Virus record (IMG/VR): IMGVR_UViG_3300032030_000028
Location: 32,001-96,000 of that record
Reading direction: 5' to 3' (one strand)
Source of the DNA: a virus
Taxonomy: Duplodnaviria; Caudoviricetes
DNA: 64,000 nucleotides
The position numbers were made by a program, and so were the translations under genes. Within the stretch, counting starts at the first letter, position 1; each line of letters begins with the position of its first letter. The notes beneath the pieces are model-generated. The model did no database searches. It saw nothing but the letters and a program-made list of their open reading frames with translations, and was not told the DNA's origin. Below are positions 5,384-16,361 of this stretch, piece after piece.

Positions 5384-7372
5384 CTATTTACCGGTATTCG
5401 CTAGATTAGTACCTATGGAGGACCATCCGCGTTGCGCCGCTTTATCATCGTTAGAGTTGCTCGGAGAAGCGGACCTGCCTTCCGGAGTCGGAGTACTTGG
5501 GGGAGGGGTACCGACTGCAATACTTCCGAGTTTTTCAATTCCTTGATTGGTTATTTCGTTAAACTTGTCATTTATACCCCCTAGTGTTTTGCCGATCAAA
5601 CTAGATCCTTTGTCGATCATCTTATCGAAAGGCTCTAAAGTTTTATTAGTGGTGTTTGCCGTGAAATCTTCAAGATTTTTACCAATGCGGGCACTAAGAG
5701 CATTTGCTGCGTCTAGGATGCTTCCCGTTCTAGCAATACTCTGATTCACCGCAGCATCCATAGGATCAAACACCCGGTTTACGGCAGCATTGCCGAAATC
5801 CGCAAGCTTACCCCCGACAATAGATCCCAGCCGCGTGCCTATGGTTTTGAATCTTTCACCCATTTCTTTAGAACTTTCCGCCACCATCTGAAGAGGTTTC
5901 CATACGTTTTCGGAAAGATTTTTAAGTCTTTTTTTAACACTATCCATGCCGGATTTTACCCCGGCATTGACTCCTTTTAGAAAATCTTGGGTGATTTGGT
6001 TAATAACCCGGGGTTTATACTTATCTATTATTTTTTGACCGACTTCTTCTATCTTGAGTGGTCTTTTTTTATATACATTCCCCCGTATATTGGTTATATC
6101 CCAACGAGAAATCATATCTTGAGTTTTAGGCAAGGGAATGAGTGCTGAATCCGCGGTTAAGATATGACCGGTGGCATCTCTTGCTAGAGATTCATCTCTC
6201 ATCATATTTTCATCAATCATGGATTGATATTCATTCAAAGCGCTGTTCGGATCCTCGGTCTGATATAGTTCTACGGGATTGCCGTCTTCATCCGTTTCAT
6301 CTAGCAATAATGGTATTTCGTTTCCTCTTTGATCTGAAAGAGTTTTATATTTTTTCATAGTGTCTTCAAAATCCTTGGCATGAAATGCGACATCGGCCTC
6401 TCCCCAGACATTCTCTTTGCTTTGCCGATCTTCTTTATCCATATCCATGAATATATAGTCTCCGATAATTCGATTCAAGTGGTCATTGAATCGCTGTTCT
6501 ATTATATTCTTATATGTAATTTTAATTTCATGCACCATATGAAACGGCTCATCAGATTTGATTTCGGTATAGGCACTGGACGCGGAATTGGCATCTATCT
6601 CGCAGCCTTGGAGCTCTATGAGCTTAGCGGATGAAAAAATGTTATTAGACCCTGAAGCCCATTCCCGGTAACTAGGTATATCGAATATAACCTCCGGATC
6701 GCCCATATCGGTCAATGATACGGGAGGGCGCCCGCCTAATCCATGCCTTTCTTTTTCCCTATCCACATCTCCATGCCCATAATGAACATAAGCAACAGGA
6801 GTATTGATAATATATATAGACATATCAAATCTGCGAAGGTTAGCCGGGAGAATTTCTTTATGCTGGATTTTAGAAAAAGACACCGCTTTATATAAATCTA
6901 AAAGAGTAGATATTCTATTATCATAGGGATCCTCTAAGGTCTTGATAGTTATGGATTTCGGCTCTTCATCGATTTTGAATTCCCCGGTATATTCGGATCT
7001 CTGCAGTGCTTCTTGCAGGCCTTCTATACTTTGGAAATACCATGGTGAGTAAGTATTTATATTGGAAAATAAAGTTACAAAGTCATCTAACATTTGTTTT
7101 CTTTGAAGCTCTCCATTGACATATAAATAGCTAACGGCTGTATTGGTATTTTCGGTATAACTCGTCCTGGTGGAATCTAAATCTATAAACTCTTTTCCGG
7201 TATTTAGCAAACCGTACCCCGTATTGAAATGAAAAAACAACCGGAAATAAAGGCTTGCCGGAGTTTCCATCTGGTTGAACTCTTTAGCGTAAATATCGGA
7301 ATGACCACCGGAACGCTTAAATGCCTCCCGGAGTTGATATATACTATTATATGATTTTATATTTTCTTGCAT
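5384..7372 (-). CDS. Putative virion (tail/baseplate) structural protein
   Basis: 662-aa ORF in operon with gp53-like gene; function inferred from context only. Confidence 0.6.
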   Translation of the reverse strand: MQENIKSYNSIYQLREAFKRSGGHSDIYAKEFNQMETPASLYFRLFFHFNTGYGLLNTGKEFIDLDSTRTSYTENTNTAVSYLYVNGELQRKQMLDDFVTLFSNINTYSPWYFQSIEGLQEALQRSEYTGEFKIDEEPKSITIKTLEDPYDNRISTLLDLYKAVSFSKIQHKEILPANLRRFDMSIYIINTPVAYVHYGHGDVDREKERHGLGGRPPVSLTDMGDPEVIFDIPSYREWASGSNNIFSSAKLIELQGCEIDANSASSAYTEIKSDEPFHMVHEIKITYKNIIEQRFNDHLNRIIGDYIFMDMDKEDRQSKENVWGEADVAFHAKDFEDTMKKYKTLSDQRGNEIPLLLDETDEDGNPVELYQTEDPNSALNEYQSMIDENMMRDESLARDATGHILTADSALIPLPKTQDMISRWDITNIRGNVYKKRPLKIEEVGQKIIDKYKPRVINQITQDFLKGVNAGVKSGMDSVKKRLKNLSENVWKPLQMVAESSKEMGERFKTIGTRLGSIVGGKLADFGNAAVNRVFDPMDAAVNQSIARTGSILDAANALSARIGKNLEDFTANTTNKTLEPFDKMIDKGSSLIGKTLGGINDKFNEITNQGIEKLGSIAVGTPPPSTPTPEGRSASPSNSNDDKAAQRGWSSIGTNLANTGK

Positions 7373-7376
7373 AGCT

Positions 7377-8780
7377 CTAATTCTTTTCTATTTCTTCTTT
7401 AATAGGAGGATTATATTTTTCGAATCCAATACCGTCTCTTGAAAGCAAAAACTCCTGAGACCATTGGAATTGGGTATGATAACGAAAAGACATTTCACTT
7501 ATATAATATTGGCCGGAAATCATCTTGTTGATAACCCACCCATTAGAATCATCTAATATCACCGAATCCGGCAGCTCGATATTTGAAGATATTTCCTCAT
7601 TAGCCGCTTCCGTTATAGGCCCTGTAACATAATTATTTTCATCATACCACCAAAGATTGGCCTTGCCGCCTTGTACTAAACCTAATGTCGGTATGCGAAT
7701 AGATACCTTTATTGTCTGAGCATCGATTTTTGCCAACATCATATTTTTAGCCGCCGCCCTGGAAAGGTAGTCATAATCCCCATAATATTCTCCGCCATAA
7801 ATATAAGATTTCTGAAGATTGTCTTTTGCGTCTCCGTTTTCTATAAGCGTAGTGGTCTGCTCTAATTTATCCATCGAATATGTGTCAAAAATCTGATCTG
7901 TGACACCCGGAGAAGAATATACCGGAACATATTCGTTTATAAATAATTGAGAATTTTTCAGGATCGGATGATTATTAAATGCTGCTATCATTTTCACAGG
8001 GATTTGAGTATTGTCGTCTCCGCCGATGCTAGGCGTATTGTCCACTACCCAGATTTGTAAATTTTCATCGGAAACCTTTTCTTTATATTCTGTATATTTA
8101 TCCACCAATACCAGATTATTCCAATAGTCTATCCACCAATCAAATATAGATTCCTTATTGTTATTATGGGCATAAGATACTGTTTTATCAATATGGCTAA
8201 CTATATTCATCATAGGATTGTATATATATCGCTTATCATCTGTACTCGTTACATTCGAGGCAAATCCTAATCCAAAATTCCGGGCGACTGTTTCCATATA
8301 CTCATAGGTAGTGATTTCACCATAAGCTTTCAGTTCATGATCCCAAAAATTAGGAATATGATAGGTGGCGGACATCGATATAATGCTTCCTTTAATGTTC
8401 ACTTGCTCCACATAGAATAATAGGTTGATTTTCTTATACGCGCCGTCGAATGGCGGGATTATCTGTAATTGCAGACTGTTGTCCCAGGACGGAGTATCTA
8501 GATTCTTGATCAATCCTAATTGATCCTCAATGGTGATGTCTAATTTAGGGACTTGGTTTATGTATAAATGCATATCTACAATTTCCGAAAAGAAAACCGT
8601 TTGATTGCACATTCTAACCAAAGGCACCATGACTCCATCCACCTTGGTCTGTTTTAAGACAGTAGTATCCCCATCGGAACCAAATTCTTTTCCGCGAGGA
8701 TCTGCTTCATCATCTTCGGAATAGATCGGCATCTTGATATCCGGTAATATTAAGGTAGGATCAAAACGTACTTCTATCAT
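7377..8780 (-). CDS. Putative baseplate hub protein
   Basis: 467 aa; C-terminal SGQYYISEMSFRY motif of hub-like proteins; adjacent to gp53-like gene. Confidence 0.5.
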   Translation of the reverse strand: MIEVRFDPTLILPDIKMPIYSEDDEADPRGKEFGSDGDTTVLKQTKVDGVMVPLVRMCNQTVFFSEIVDMHLYINQVPKLDITIEDQLGLIKNLDTPSWDNSLQLQIIPPFDGAYKKINLLFYVEQVNIKGSIISMSATYHIPNFWDHELKAYGEITTYEYMETVARNFGLGFASNVTSTDDKRYIYNPMMNIVSHIDKTVSYAHNNNKESIFDWWIDYWNNLVLVDKYTEYKEKVSDENLQIWVVDNTPSIGGDDNTQIPVKMIAAFNNHPILKNSQLFINEYVPVYSSPGVTDQIFDTYSMDKLEQTTTLIENGDAKDNLQKSYIYGGEYYGDYDYLSRAAAKNMMLAKIDAQTIKVSIRIPTLGLVQGGKANLWWYDENNYVTGPITEAANEEISSNIELPDSVILDDSNGWVINKMISGQYYISEMSFRYHTQFQWSQEFLLSRDGIGFEKYNPPIKEEIEKN

Positions 8781-8781
8781 A

Positions 8782-9243
8782 TTAGTAGATTATAACTCTA
8801 TTGGTTTTATCTATTTTAAATCTAGTGTCTCCGATAATAGCTTCATTAGGAGCCCGTTTTTCTTTAGGCTTCTTATAAGAAGGCTTGTCGTTTCTTATGT
8901 CTTCATCGGTGTCTTCAATATTGTCTTCTTTGTTTGCTGGGGTCAGAAATTTGTCTATATCTTGTAGCTCAGGCACGTATAGTACATCCCCTTCGTTTAA
9001 TTCAAACGGATTCTGCACACCATTAAGCCTGCAAATTATATCCCCGTACATTGTAGTGCCATATAAAGACTTGGAAACTAAATCCGGTCTGGCGACATGT
9101 TCCGGAGATACCTCTATGAGACGATAAGAAAAATTTTCGGGCAACACGAAAGATTCTCCGAAAAAATCCACCATATCCTCGCCGAATCTTTTCGAAAATC
9201 TATTTTGCTTGTTTGTCAGTATGGAATTAATCAGCATATCCAT
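8782..9243 (-). CDS. Baseplate wedge protein, T4 gp53/LysM-like
   Basis: RPDLVSKSLYG...IICRLNGVQNPFELNEGDVLYVP motif. Confidence 0.8.
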   Translation of the reverse strand: MDMLINSILTNKQNRFSKRFGEDMVDFFGESFVLPENFSYRLIEVSPEHVARPDLVSKSLYGTTMYGDIICRLNGVQNPFELNEGDVLYVPELQDIDKFLTPANKEDNIEDTDEDIRNDKPSYKKPKEKRAPNEAIIGDTRFKIDKTNRVIIY

Positions 9244-9382
9244 TGATTTATGTTATAAAAAATAAATCGGGATATGCTCGGATAAATGAATTATTCTCCT
9301 ATAAGGTCTCCCAGTCGAATATCTATTTCTAAAGTACCCACCGGGAAATCAATTATTTCTTGTGGGGTGGCTCCTTCCGTAA

Positions 9383-9715
9383 TCATAATCCTAATTCTTT
9401 TATCATCTCCGCAAATTGATCCGGAGAATAAATTATTATAGTAAATTCCTTTGAAAAATCTCCTTTTATAAAACGCACATCCCATTGGGTGGTCTCTTGA
9501 TGATCGGAACCGTCCATATTTTCCACCCAGCCATCTCCCGTGTATTCTACCTCTATCTTAGTAATCTGTGGAGGGCCATCTATCTGATGCCCATTAATTA
9601 TCATAGTGCCTCCGGAAGATTGTATAGTCTTAGAATAGTATCCCACCCAGCTTTCTTCTATCATCTTGCGAGTCCATCCTAAGGATTCTAATATCTTATA
9701 ACATTCTTCTACCAT
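9383..9715 (-). CDS. Hypothetical protein
   Basis: 110-aa ORF in minus-strand run. Confidence 0.7.
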   Translation of the reverse strand: MVEECYKILESLGWTRKMIEESWVGYYSKTIQSSGGTMIINGHQIDGPPQITKIEVEYTGDGWVENMDGSDHQETTQWDVRFIKGDFSKEFTIIIYSPDQFAEMIKELGL

Positions 9716-9765
9716 AGAAATGGTTTATTTCGGAAAAATATCCAAAATCTTATATAAATTAAAAA

Positions 9766-9975
9766 TTATAAGAATTCAAATCTCAGATCATTGGTATTGC
9801 TCCCTACTTTAGATATTTTGCCATTATCCATGGTGACATAGAATATGATTTCCCCATTATGCCATTCTATATCGGATACAAAACCGGAGACATTTATGGG
9901 GATCGCGCAATCCGCCACAAATCGGACTTTTTTGTTCAGAAATTGTTTCTTAATAAAGTCTTTCCAGGTTACCAT
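9766..9975 (-). CDS. Hypothetical protein
   Basis: 69 aa, overlaps upstream stop. Confidence 0.65.
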   Translation of the reverse strand: MVTWKDFIKKQFLNKKVRFVADCAIPINVSGFVSDIEWHNGEIIFYVTMDNGKISKVGSNTNDLRFEFL

Positions 9976-10916
9976 CTCATTTTTTCATATAGATAAGTAC
10001 TCCAATCTAAAAATGCGGAAGATATAAAATTCCGGTTGCCGGATACCTTGTCTTCTATAATATACCCTAACGCCTTGGAAAGTCTCTTCAGGACATCCGT
10101 CAGTACATCGTGTTCATTTACATCGATATTCGTACAGGTACAATCCGAAAAGTTATCATATAATGAAACGGAAGCTAGAGTCAGTCCGGTTTTTATAATA
10201 TTATCTATATATTTTTTCATTTCACCACATATCTCCACCTGCCCCAGCCAATAAGTAATATCTGAAAATATTTCTATCATGTACTTATATATATTATGAC
10301 GATATATAAGAAGAGGGTCGCACATGGTGAGCCCATTGGATGTATAAGAAACAAAACCATTAGAGCAGCCGCATCCGGATTGCTTGGATATACTATTAAT
10401 ATCAACAAAATTATTAAATTTCATAAGAGATCTAACTACTTGATCGTACATCTCTTGGATATAGTATTGAAGCATATATCTATGTTTATCCGGATCTTTT
10501 GACCACTCATCGATCCATATTTCGTTGGCATACAATATTTCGGCCAGCCAGGTCCGGAATTTTTTCAGTTCTTCCAGGGTAATGTCTTTATCCGTAGTGA
10601 AATTATTGAGATATATATATTTTTGGATATCTCCGAGATCTTCAGCATAAGAACCATAGTCTTCGAATAATACGTAATCGAAATCTCTGTCTAAATGAAA
10701 ATCCTCCCCGTCTATTTGGAAATCCAATTCTCCGGAAGGTAATTCTTCAAGTTGTTGATATTCTAACTCTATAATATGAGAAGAATCATCCGTGAGCCCG
10801 GTTATTCCTAATGGAATTATATATTTGTAATTTACTGCTAAAGCATATTTGCCTTTCAGGTTCTCATTAAAAAACTCCGATTCTGTTATGACATCTTTGA
10901 ATTTTACTATATTCAT
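9969..10916 (-). CDS. Hypothetical protein (Cys-rich motifs CGC, CTC)
   Basis: 315-aa ORF. Confidence 0.75.
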   Translation of the reverse strand: MNIVKFKDVITESEFFNENLKGKYALAVNYKYIIPLGITGLTDDSSHIIELEYQQLEELPSGELDFQIDGEDFHLDRDFDYVLFEDYGSYAEDLGDIQKYIYLNNFTTDKDITLEELKKFRTWLAEILYANEIWIDEWSKDPDKHRYMLQYYIQEMYDQVVRSLMKFNNFVDINSISKQSGCGCSNGFVSYTSNGLTMCDPLLIYRHNIYKYMIEIFSDITYWLGQVEICGEMKKYIDNIIKTGLTLASVSLYDNFSDCTCTNIDVNEHDVLTDVLKRLSKALGYIIEDKVSGNRNFISSAFLDWSTYLYEKMRW

Positions 10917-10918
10917 AT

Positions 10919-11116
10919 TTATAATTGATTTAATAAATAATTCCTAAGACCCACGGATTCCTTCAAGACCATGAATTCCTTAATTTCCTGATCGGTCATA
11001 TCTCCGTCCACAATATCCAGGACTTCTTTAGATACTTTAGATCTTTCTAATTCTCCTTTTCTGACAGCCCAAGCCATACAGAAAAGTCTTTGTTGTGATT
11101 TTGATTTACTCGGCAT
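10919..11116 (-). CDS. DUF3008-like small protein
   Basis: MPSKSKSQQRLF..A.RKGE N-terminus resembles the MPAKSKAQQ family. Confidence 0.6.
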   Translation of the reverse strand: MPSKSKSQQRLFCMAWAVRKGELERSKVSKEVLDIVDGDMTDQEIKEFMVLKESVGLRNYLLNQL

Positions 11117-11125
11117 ATCATTATT

Positions 11126-14100
11126 TTAGTTTTGTTCATGTGTAAATATAACATGTGAACCTCCAGATCTTCCGACGCAGTTCCCTATTTTTGTCAATAC
11201 ATCGGATAAGGCATTCATATTTTTACTCAATTCATCTAATTTTGCACTGGTCTTGTCTTGACGCGGCTTTTGTTGCGCTTGAGTTCCATCAGTCGGTTTC
11301 CTAAGTGTCTCGGGTTCGGGAGGTTGCGTGCCGAAATCTTTCCTATTCACATCGTCCAAAGCCCCGGTAAGTTTTTCTAACACAGTGATCAATTTTTCGT
11401 TTATGACATCCGCTAATTTATCAAAGTTACCTTGAATGCTATTAGAGAATAGATATAATTCGTGCATCATTTCCTTTAAGGAAGTGGCTTTAGAAATATC
11501 TAATGAATTGACTGATTTAATAAGCTTGACAGAATCATCGGTAGCCTGTTTCCAAGATTTGGTCCGCTGTTCTAAGTCTTTGCCATCCACATTTTGGAAT
11601 ACGGATTTAGCGATGAGATCTACGGCATGACCTCCAACAGTATTGGTTTTATCATCTATTTTAACGAATTTGATATCGCCGCCCTTTTGTAGAACTTCTA
11701 TAATCTTACCCATCGGTTCGGACATGCCTCCTAGCGATTTTATTAAAGTCCCCGCAGCGTCTATTGATTTCTGGTCCTTAACGGCATCTTTTAATACTTT
11801 GTTCTCCGTCAGATTTGTCACAAATGCTCCTATAATATCAAATACTGTTTTTGTAGGATCCTCTTTTGATAAATCTATCATCTTCCATCCGGTAGGTTCT
11901 CCGGTCTTTTCATCAATCTTAGTAGGATATTTGGCGGATTTGTATTTAACGATAGTATCCATTAGTGAATTTATCGGAGAAGTCATATCCATGATTTTCT
12001 TCACCGAATCTTCATTATTCTTTTTAGTACCTTTTACCTTGTCCCAGAAAGATTCTTTACCGAAATTTATATTCGGAAGATCAAATGCTTCTACATAATC
12101 TTTGACGAACTTGGCAATCTCCTTAGCTGCATCGGATATATCCGAGGTATTCAAGAGTTTCCATTTTTTGATTTCTCCGGTATTCGGATCCAGATATCCT
12201 TCGGTGGACGTATCCGGAACCTTTAGAGCTTTCATTTTGATGATAGTATCTACTAATTTGCTAATAGGATCCGATAATTCCACTAATGCTTTAGTATGTT
12301 CTATTCTTCTCTTATTGCCGGCGGTCACCAGGTTCCATAGGTCTTTAAGAGATCCGTTTTCTTGTCCGATATCTACCGTCTTGACATAATTAGATACAAT
12401 CAATGCGACATTTTTGGCGGCATCCGCAAAATATTTAGAATCCGCGAGTTTCCATTTGTTTATCTTTCCGGTTTTCTGATCAATACTATTTTCGTCATAT
12501 GGAACCATCATCCGAGATAGTTTGTTTATAGTATCCACCATACCGGAGATTGGAACTGCCAATTCCATGATTTTTTTGACCTTCTTGATCTGGCGTTTGG
12601 AGATTTTATCTAAATTGTCAAGATTTGTTACACCGGTTTTTTCATCTTTGAAGCTAAATGCGCCAACCATTGAGGTTATGATTTGCTGGATGTTCTTTCC
12701 AGCTGTTTCAAACTTCGTTGCATCCGCTAGAGCATATTTTTTAATTTCTCCAGTTTTCTCATTTATCTCAACAGGGAATCTCATGAAAGAAATATCCACC
12801 ATAGTCTTAGCCATCTTTCCGATAGAAGCTACAGTTCTTTTCATATTCCGGAATATTCTCTTGATAATACGAGCCTTTTTGGCATCATTATCAAAATACT
12901 CGGCAGTAGCTATAATGGCACCCATCACTGATATTATCAAAGTCTTGAAGTTTTCAGCATCACCCTCATATGGAGGTATCATAGCTATAGTGCGAGCTAT
13001 GTTTCCGACACCTTCTATTACGGTAGATAATCCTATAGTGACTTTTTTAGCATCTTTGATGGTACTCAACTTGAAATGAGCTAAGAAATGAACTATACTA
13101 CCTTCATCTACCTTTCCTGTCCATGCCGTACGTGGATTTTTCACCACTGCCTTAATAGGTATGAGCATCATCTGAGCTAGATAATTAGCTACTTCTATAT
13201 CTTTCATTCCGGATAACCCTGGTATCTTCTCATATATATTATGCCACTCTATAGCTGCCGCGGCGACTGCTTTCATGCTTTCGGCTAGTGCCCAGATGAT
13301 ACCACCAATAGCTAAAACGGTGGCGGCGCCTATAGCCATAACAATCGCTCCGCCCCCCATAGTAGCGGTTATCATTCCACCCAAAACAAGTATTAATCCG
13401 GTCATACCTAAAACAACAGCACTCATAATACCTACAGTAGCCGCTAAATCTCCGACATCAGTCATATTAGCAATATAAGCTATTGGTTCAAATAGTTTAG
13501 CTACACACCACATCACCCCGGCGATAGCTAGTAACGCGATAGCGCCCTCTCCGAGGATTGTCGCACCCTCTCCGGTTTGCATAAATGCACCTAATATAAA
13601 TAGTAATGCGGTAACGCCGGCTACCGTAAGTATCATCATTGCTACAACACCCGCAAGTTTAAGGAAGTTGACCTTCTCCGACAACTCTACCAATGCATAC
13701 ATAATTAAGGTCAAGATAGCTAGTGATAATGATATCACTAATAATGCAATAGCTCCTTCTTTGATAAATTTCCTGCCTAATGCCAACAGTACCATAAGAG
13801 CTAGTACTCCAGCAATAAATCCAATAGCTACCGAGATCAATGCCGCTCCTATAACCACCATAGCGCCCACGCCGATTACCGCCAATGCTATGATCACTAT
13901 AGAATAGAATACCATTCTTATAAGCATAGATGCTCTATATGCCCTCCGAGATTCGCGTTGAGATTTATTAAGTATATGGATAACGACAATCATACCGGAC
14001 ATGATCACCATCATCATCAATATAGACACAGCAGAGTCTTTGAGATCTTCTTTTTTAGGTAATACTTTTATAGCTTCTCCAAATGATTTCATGGTAGAAG

Positions 14101-16276
14101 CCATGTCCTTGACAATCTGAGCTACCCTTTCTTGCGCTTTACTTCTATCATCCCCCAGTTTTTTATCTATGATCGAGATCGCCCAGAGCATGCCTTCGTA
14201 AATCACAATGCTCAACATCATAGTACCTAATATAGCAGCAATCTCCCCGGTTTTCTTTGCTTCCGGAGCATTTTTAGTGGCTTCGGTGAAATCTTTTAAG
14301 GTAGCCGCCATAGCTGCTATGACAATCTGAGCGGAATTCTTATCATTGGGTCCGGCATTTGGATCTACTAAGCCCATAGATATAAACTTTCCGGTAATCC
14401 ACAAAACACCACCGTATATAAGAACCGCTCCCACCATAACCACCATACAAAGCAAAATCTTATAAGAATCTGCTATTGCCGGAGCCGTGTTTGCCGCTTC
14501 GGACATTTTTTTAATTGTGGATATCATGGAATCTAAAGTAGACTGCAGCAAATTAAAGGCATCGTCAGACAATAAAGATTTTTCTTTAAGTTTCTTTATT
14601 TTATTTAATATTCTACTATAGAAGATTATAGCAAAATATATAGATATTAAACATGTACCGAATTTAGCTTGCTGGACAAGATCAGGTGATGCCTTAATTA
14701 TCTCAATAAATTTATCGATCATATATTTCATATTATCGATAACCTTTTTAGCATCTTCTGATTTTTCTAATATTTTAGCTTTTTTATCGGTAAGCAGTTT
14801 GACAATTTTAATAAGCTTTCTAATATCCCATATAAATGTCCGGAGGAGTATTTTAGACGAAGCAGCAGCTTTTAAGTCTACTTCTTTTAATTTTTTAAAG
14901 ATATCTACAATAGATTCAACAATATTGAATACACATATAAAACCTTTTTTGATATTTTCTTCGTTTCTTCCAAACGTCATCATTATGCCCATTATAGAGC
15001 GGCTTCCGCCCCCACTACTCGGGTCTTTCGATGTACCGAATAATATGATATATAATCTTTTGATTCCTTTTCGTAGTCTTTTATATCTTAGCTTTCCGAA
15101 TAATCCGGTGAGTAAGTTCAAACTTCGTAATACTATATTAAGAGCTTTGAAGAAAACTACTAGAGAAATAGCGATACCGGCAGCTTTCAAGGCGTCTACG
15201 ATTTCCAACGACTCTAATACGCCTTCTATCAGATCCATGACTCCCCGGTTTTTCTTTCCTTTTTTCCGGAATACTTTTCGAGCTAGCCACCCATATTCTT
15301 CTCCAAATAACAATTTCCACATTCTATCAAGATTGGTCTGGATTTGATTTTTTTCCAACCAACTCATATGCTCATTGATAAAATGCAACGTCACATTTAA
15401 ACTTTCAAATGTCTTAGATATCATAAGCATATTTATCCGAGATTTAATAGCGGTAGCTATTTCCATCCTTCCAATATTCTCAATAAGACTCATTATAGAA
15501 TGAGAACGGCGGAATATTCTATCATAGGTGCGTCCGAATAGTAATACATATATCTTAGATATAGTTCTTCGATATTGAATTATCTGTTTGAGGGTAATAT
15601 TGTTTTTCAATACTTCGAAAATCGTCGGAATTAAATTAATAGTATCGGCTATAAATTTTATGCTTGTCTTTGCTTTAGCAAACGGAACCAATTTTCGATC
15701 TCCGATAAATTCTATTAGCCGAATGAGTTTTCGGAACAACATCTTATATTTTATAACCGTAAACCTATATTTTATAACATCCCTTAAAGATATCTTTTTC
15801 AATGGAGAAGCCACAATCTCTAAGGACTCCATAATGGGTTCCATGGCTTTTAGGGATATTTTGGCTTTTATAATATTTATGGTATTATAACTTCCAAGTT
15901 TTTCTACGAATTTAAATAAAGACCTCATACTCTTTCTCAAGAGAATCATCCGAAACTTATTGCCGATTAAATCTTTTAATGGAATCTTTCCAACAGTTTC
16001 CATTAGTATCTGATACTCATATATGGTATCGGTCATGCTCTTCAAATCTTTGGCATTTATAGATACGGCTAAATAAGCACCCGAGATTCTTTCTAACCCA
16101 TATAGAACAGTCTCTATGGCGTCGGTAGAACGCTCTATGCATTTCTTCAAAGTATTGAAGAATTTCTTATCCATCTTATTCTTGACGATGATCTGATTTA
16201 TATCATTGACAAGTTTAAGCTGCTCTTTATATATTTCGAAAAGGTCCTCACTATTAGGTATTTTGGTCTCGGCCAT
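11126..16276 (-). CDS. Tape-measure-like protein with many hydrophobic helices
   Basis: 1716 aa, helical, central transmembrane-like Ala/Gly/Ile segments, C-terminal repeats (D.KTG.I..W). Confidence 0.7.
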   Translation of the reverse strand: MAETKIPNSEDLFEIYKEQLKLVNDINQIIVKNKMDKKFFNTLKKCIERSTDAIETVLYGLERISGAYLAVSINAKDLKSMTDTIYEYQILMETVGKIPLKDLIGNKFRMILLRKSMRSLFKFVEKLGSYNTINIIKAKISLKAMEPIMESLEIVASPLKKISLRDVIKYRFTVIKYKMLFRKLIRLIEFIGDRKLVPFAKAKTSIKFIADTINLIPTIFEVLKNNITLKQIIQYRRTISKIYVLLFGRTYDRIFRRSHSIMSLIENIGRMEIATAIKSRINMLMISKTFESLNVTLHFINEHMSWLEKNQIQTNLDRMWKLLFGEEYGWLARKVFRKKGKKNRGVMDLIEGVLESLEIVDALKAAGIAISLVVFFKALNIVLRSLNLLTGLFGKLRYKRLRKGIKRLYIILFGTSKDPSSGGGSRSIMGIMMTFGRNEENIKKGFICVFNIVESIVDIFKKLKEVDLKAAASSKILLRTFIWDIRKLIKIVKLLTDKKAKILEKSEDAKKVIDNMKYMIDKFIEIIKASPDLVQQAKFGTCLISIYFAIIFYSRILNKIKKLKEKSLLSDDAFNLLQSTLDSMISTIKKMSEAANTAPAIADSYKILLCMVVMVGAVLIYGGVLWITGKFISMGLVDPNAGPNDKNSAQIVIAAMAATLKDFTEATKNAPEAKKTGEIAAILGTMMLSIVIYEGMLWAISIIDKKLGDDRSKAQERVAQIVKDMASTMKSFGEAIKVLPKKEDLKDSAVSILMMMVIMSGMIVVIHILNKSQRESRRAYRASMLIRMVFYSIVIIALAVIGVGAMVVIGAALISVAIGFIAGVLALMVLLALGRKFIKEGAIALLVISLSLAILTLIMYALVELSEKVNFLKLAGVVAMMILTVAGVTALLFILGAFMQTGEGATILGEGAIALLAIAGVMWCVAKLFEPIAYIANMTDVGDLAATVGIMSAVVLGMTGLILVLGGMITATMGGGAIVMAIGAATVLAIGGIIWALAESMKAVAAAAIEWHNIYEKIPGLSGMKDIEVANYLAQMMLIPIKAVVKNPRTAWTGKVDEGSIVHFLAHFKLSTIKDAKKVTIGLSTVIEGVGNIARTIAMIPPYEGDAENFKTLIISVMGAIIATAEYFDNDAKKARIIKRIFRNMKRTVASIGKMAKTMVDISFMRFPVEINEKTGEIKKYALADATKFETAGKNIQQIITSMVGAFSFKDEKTGVTNLDNLDKISKRQIKKVKKIMELAVPISGMVDTINKLSRMMVPYDENSIDQKTGKINKWKLADSKYFADAAKNVALIVSNYVKTVDIGQENGSLKDLWNLVTAGNKRRIEHTKALVELSDPISKLVDTIIKMKALKVPDTSTEGYLDPNTGEIKKWKLLNTSDISDAAKEIAKFVKDYVEAFDLPNINFGKESFWDKVKGTKKNNEDSVKKIMDMTSPINSLMDTIVKYKSAKYPTKIDEKTGEPTGWKMIDLSKEDPTKTVFDIIGAFVTNLTENKVLKDAVKDQKSIDAAGTLIKSLGGMSEPMGKIIEVLQKGGDIKFVKIDDKTNTVGGHAVDLIAKSVFQNVDGKDLEQRTKSWKQATDDSVKLIKSVNSLDISKATSLKEMMHELYLFSNSIQGNFDKLADVINEKLITVLEKLTGALDDVNRKDFGTQPPEPETLRKPTDGTQAQQKPRQDKTSAKLDELSKNMNALSDVLTKIGNCVGRSGGSHVIFTHEQN

Positions 16277-16361
16277 AATGTTATGTTTTCTTTTTTATAT
16301 TTCGGATTATATCAGTGGCAATCCGAATTATTATATAAATAATCAAATATCAGTTGAAACA

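Noticed and set aside
11436-15890. Antisense ORFs inside the tape-measure-like gene and other long genes
   Set aside because: Shadow frames caused by codon bias, with no independent start signals or motifs
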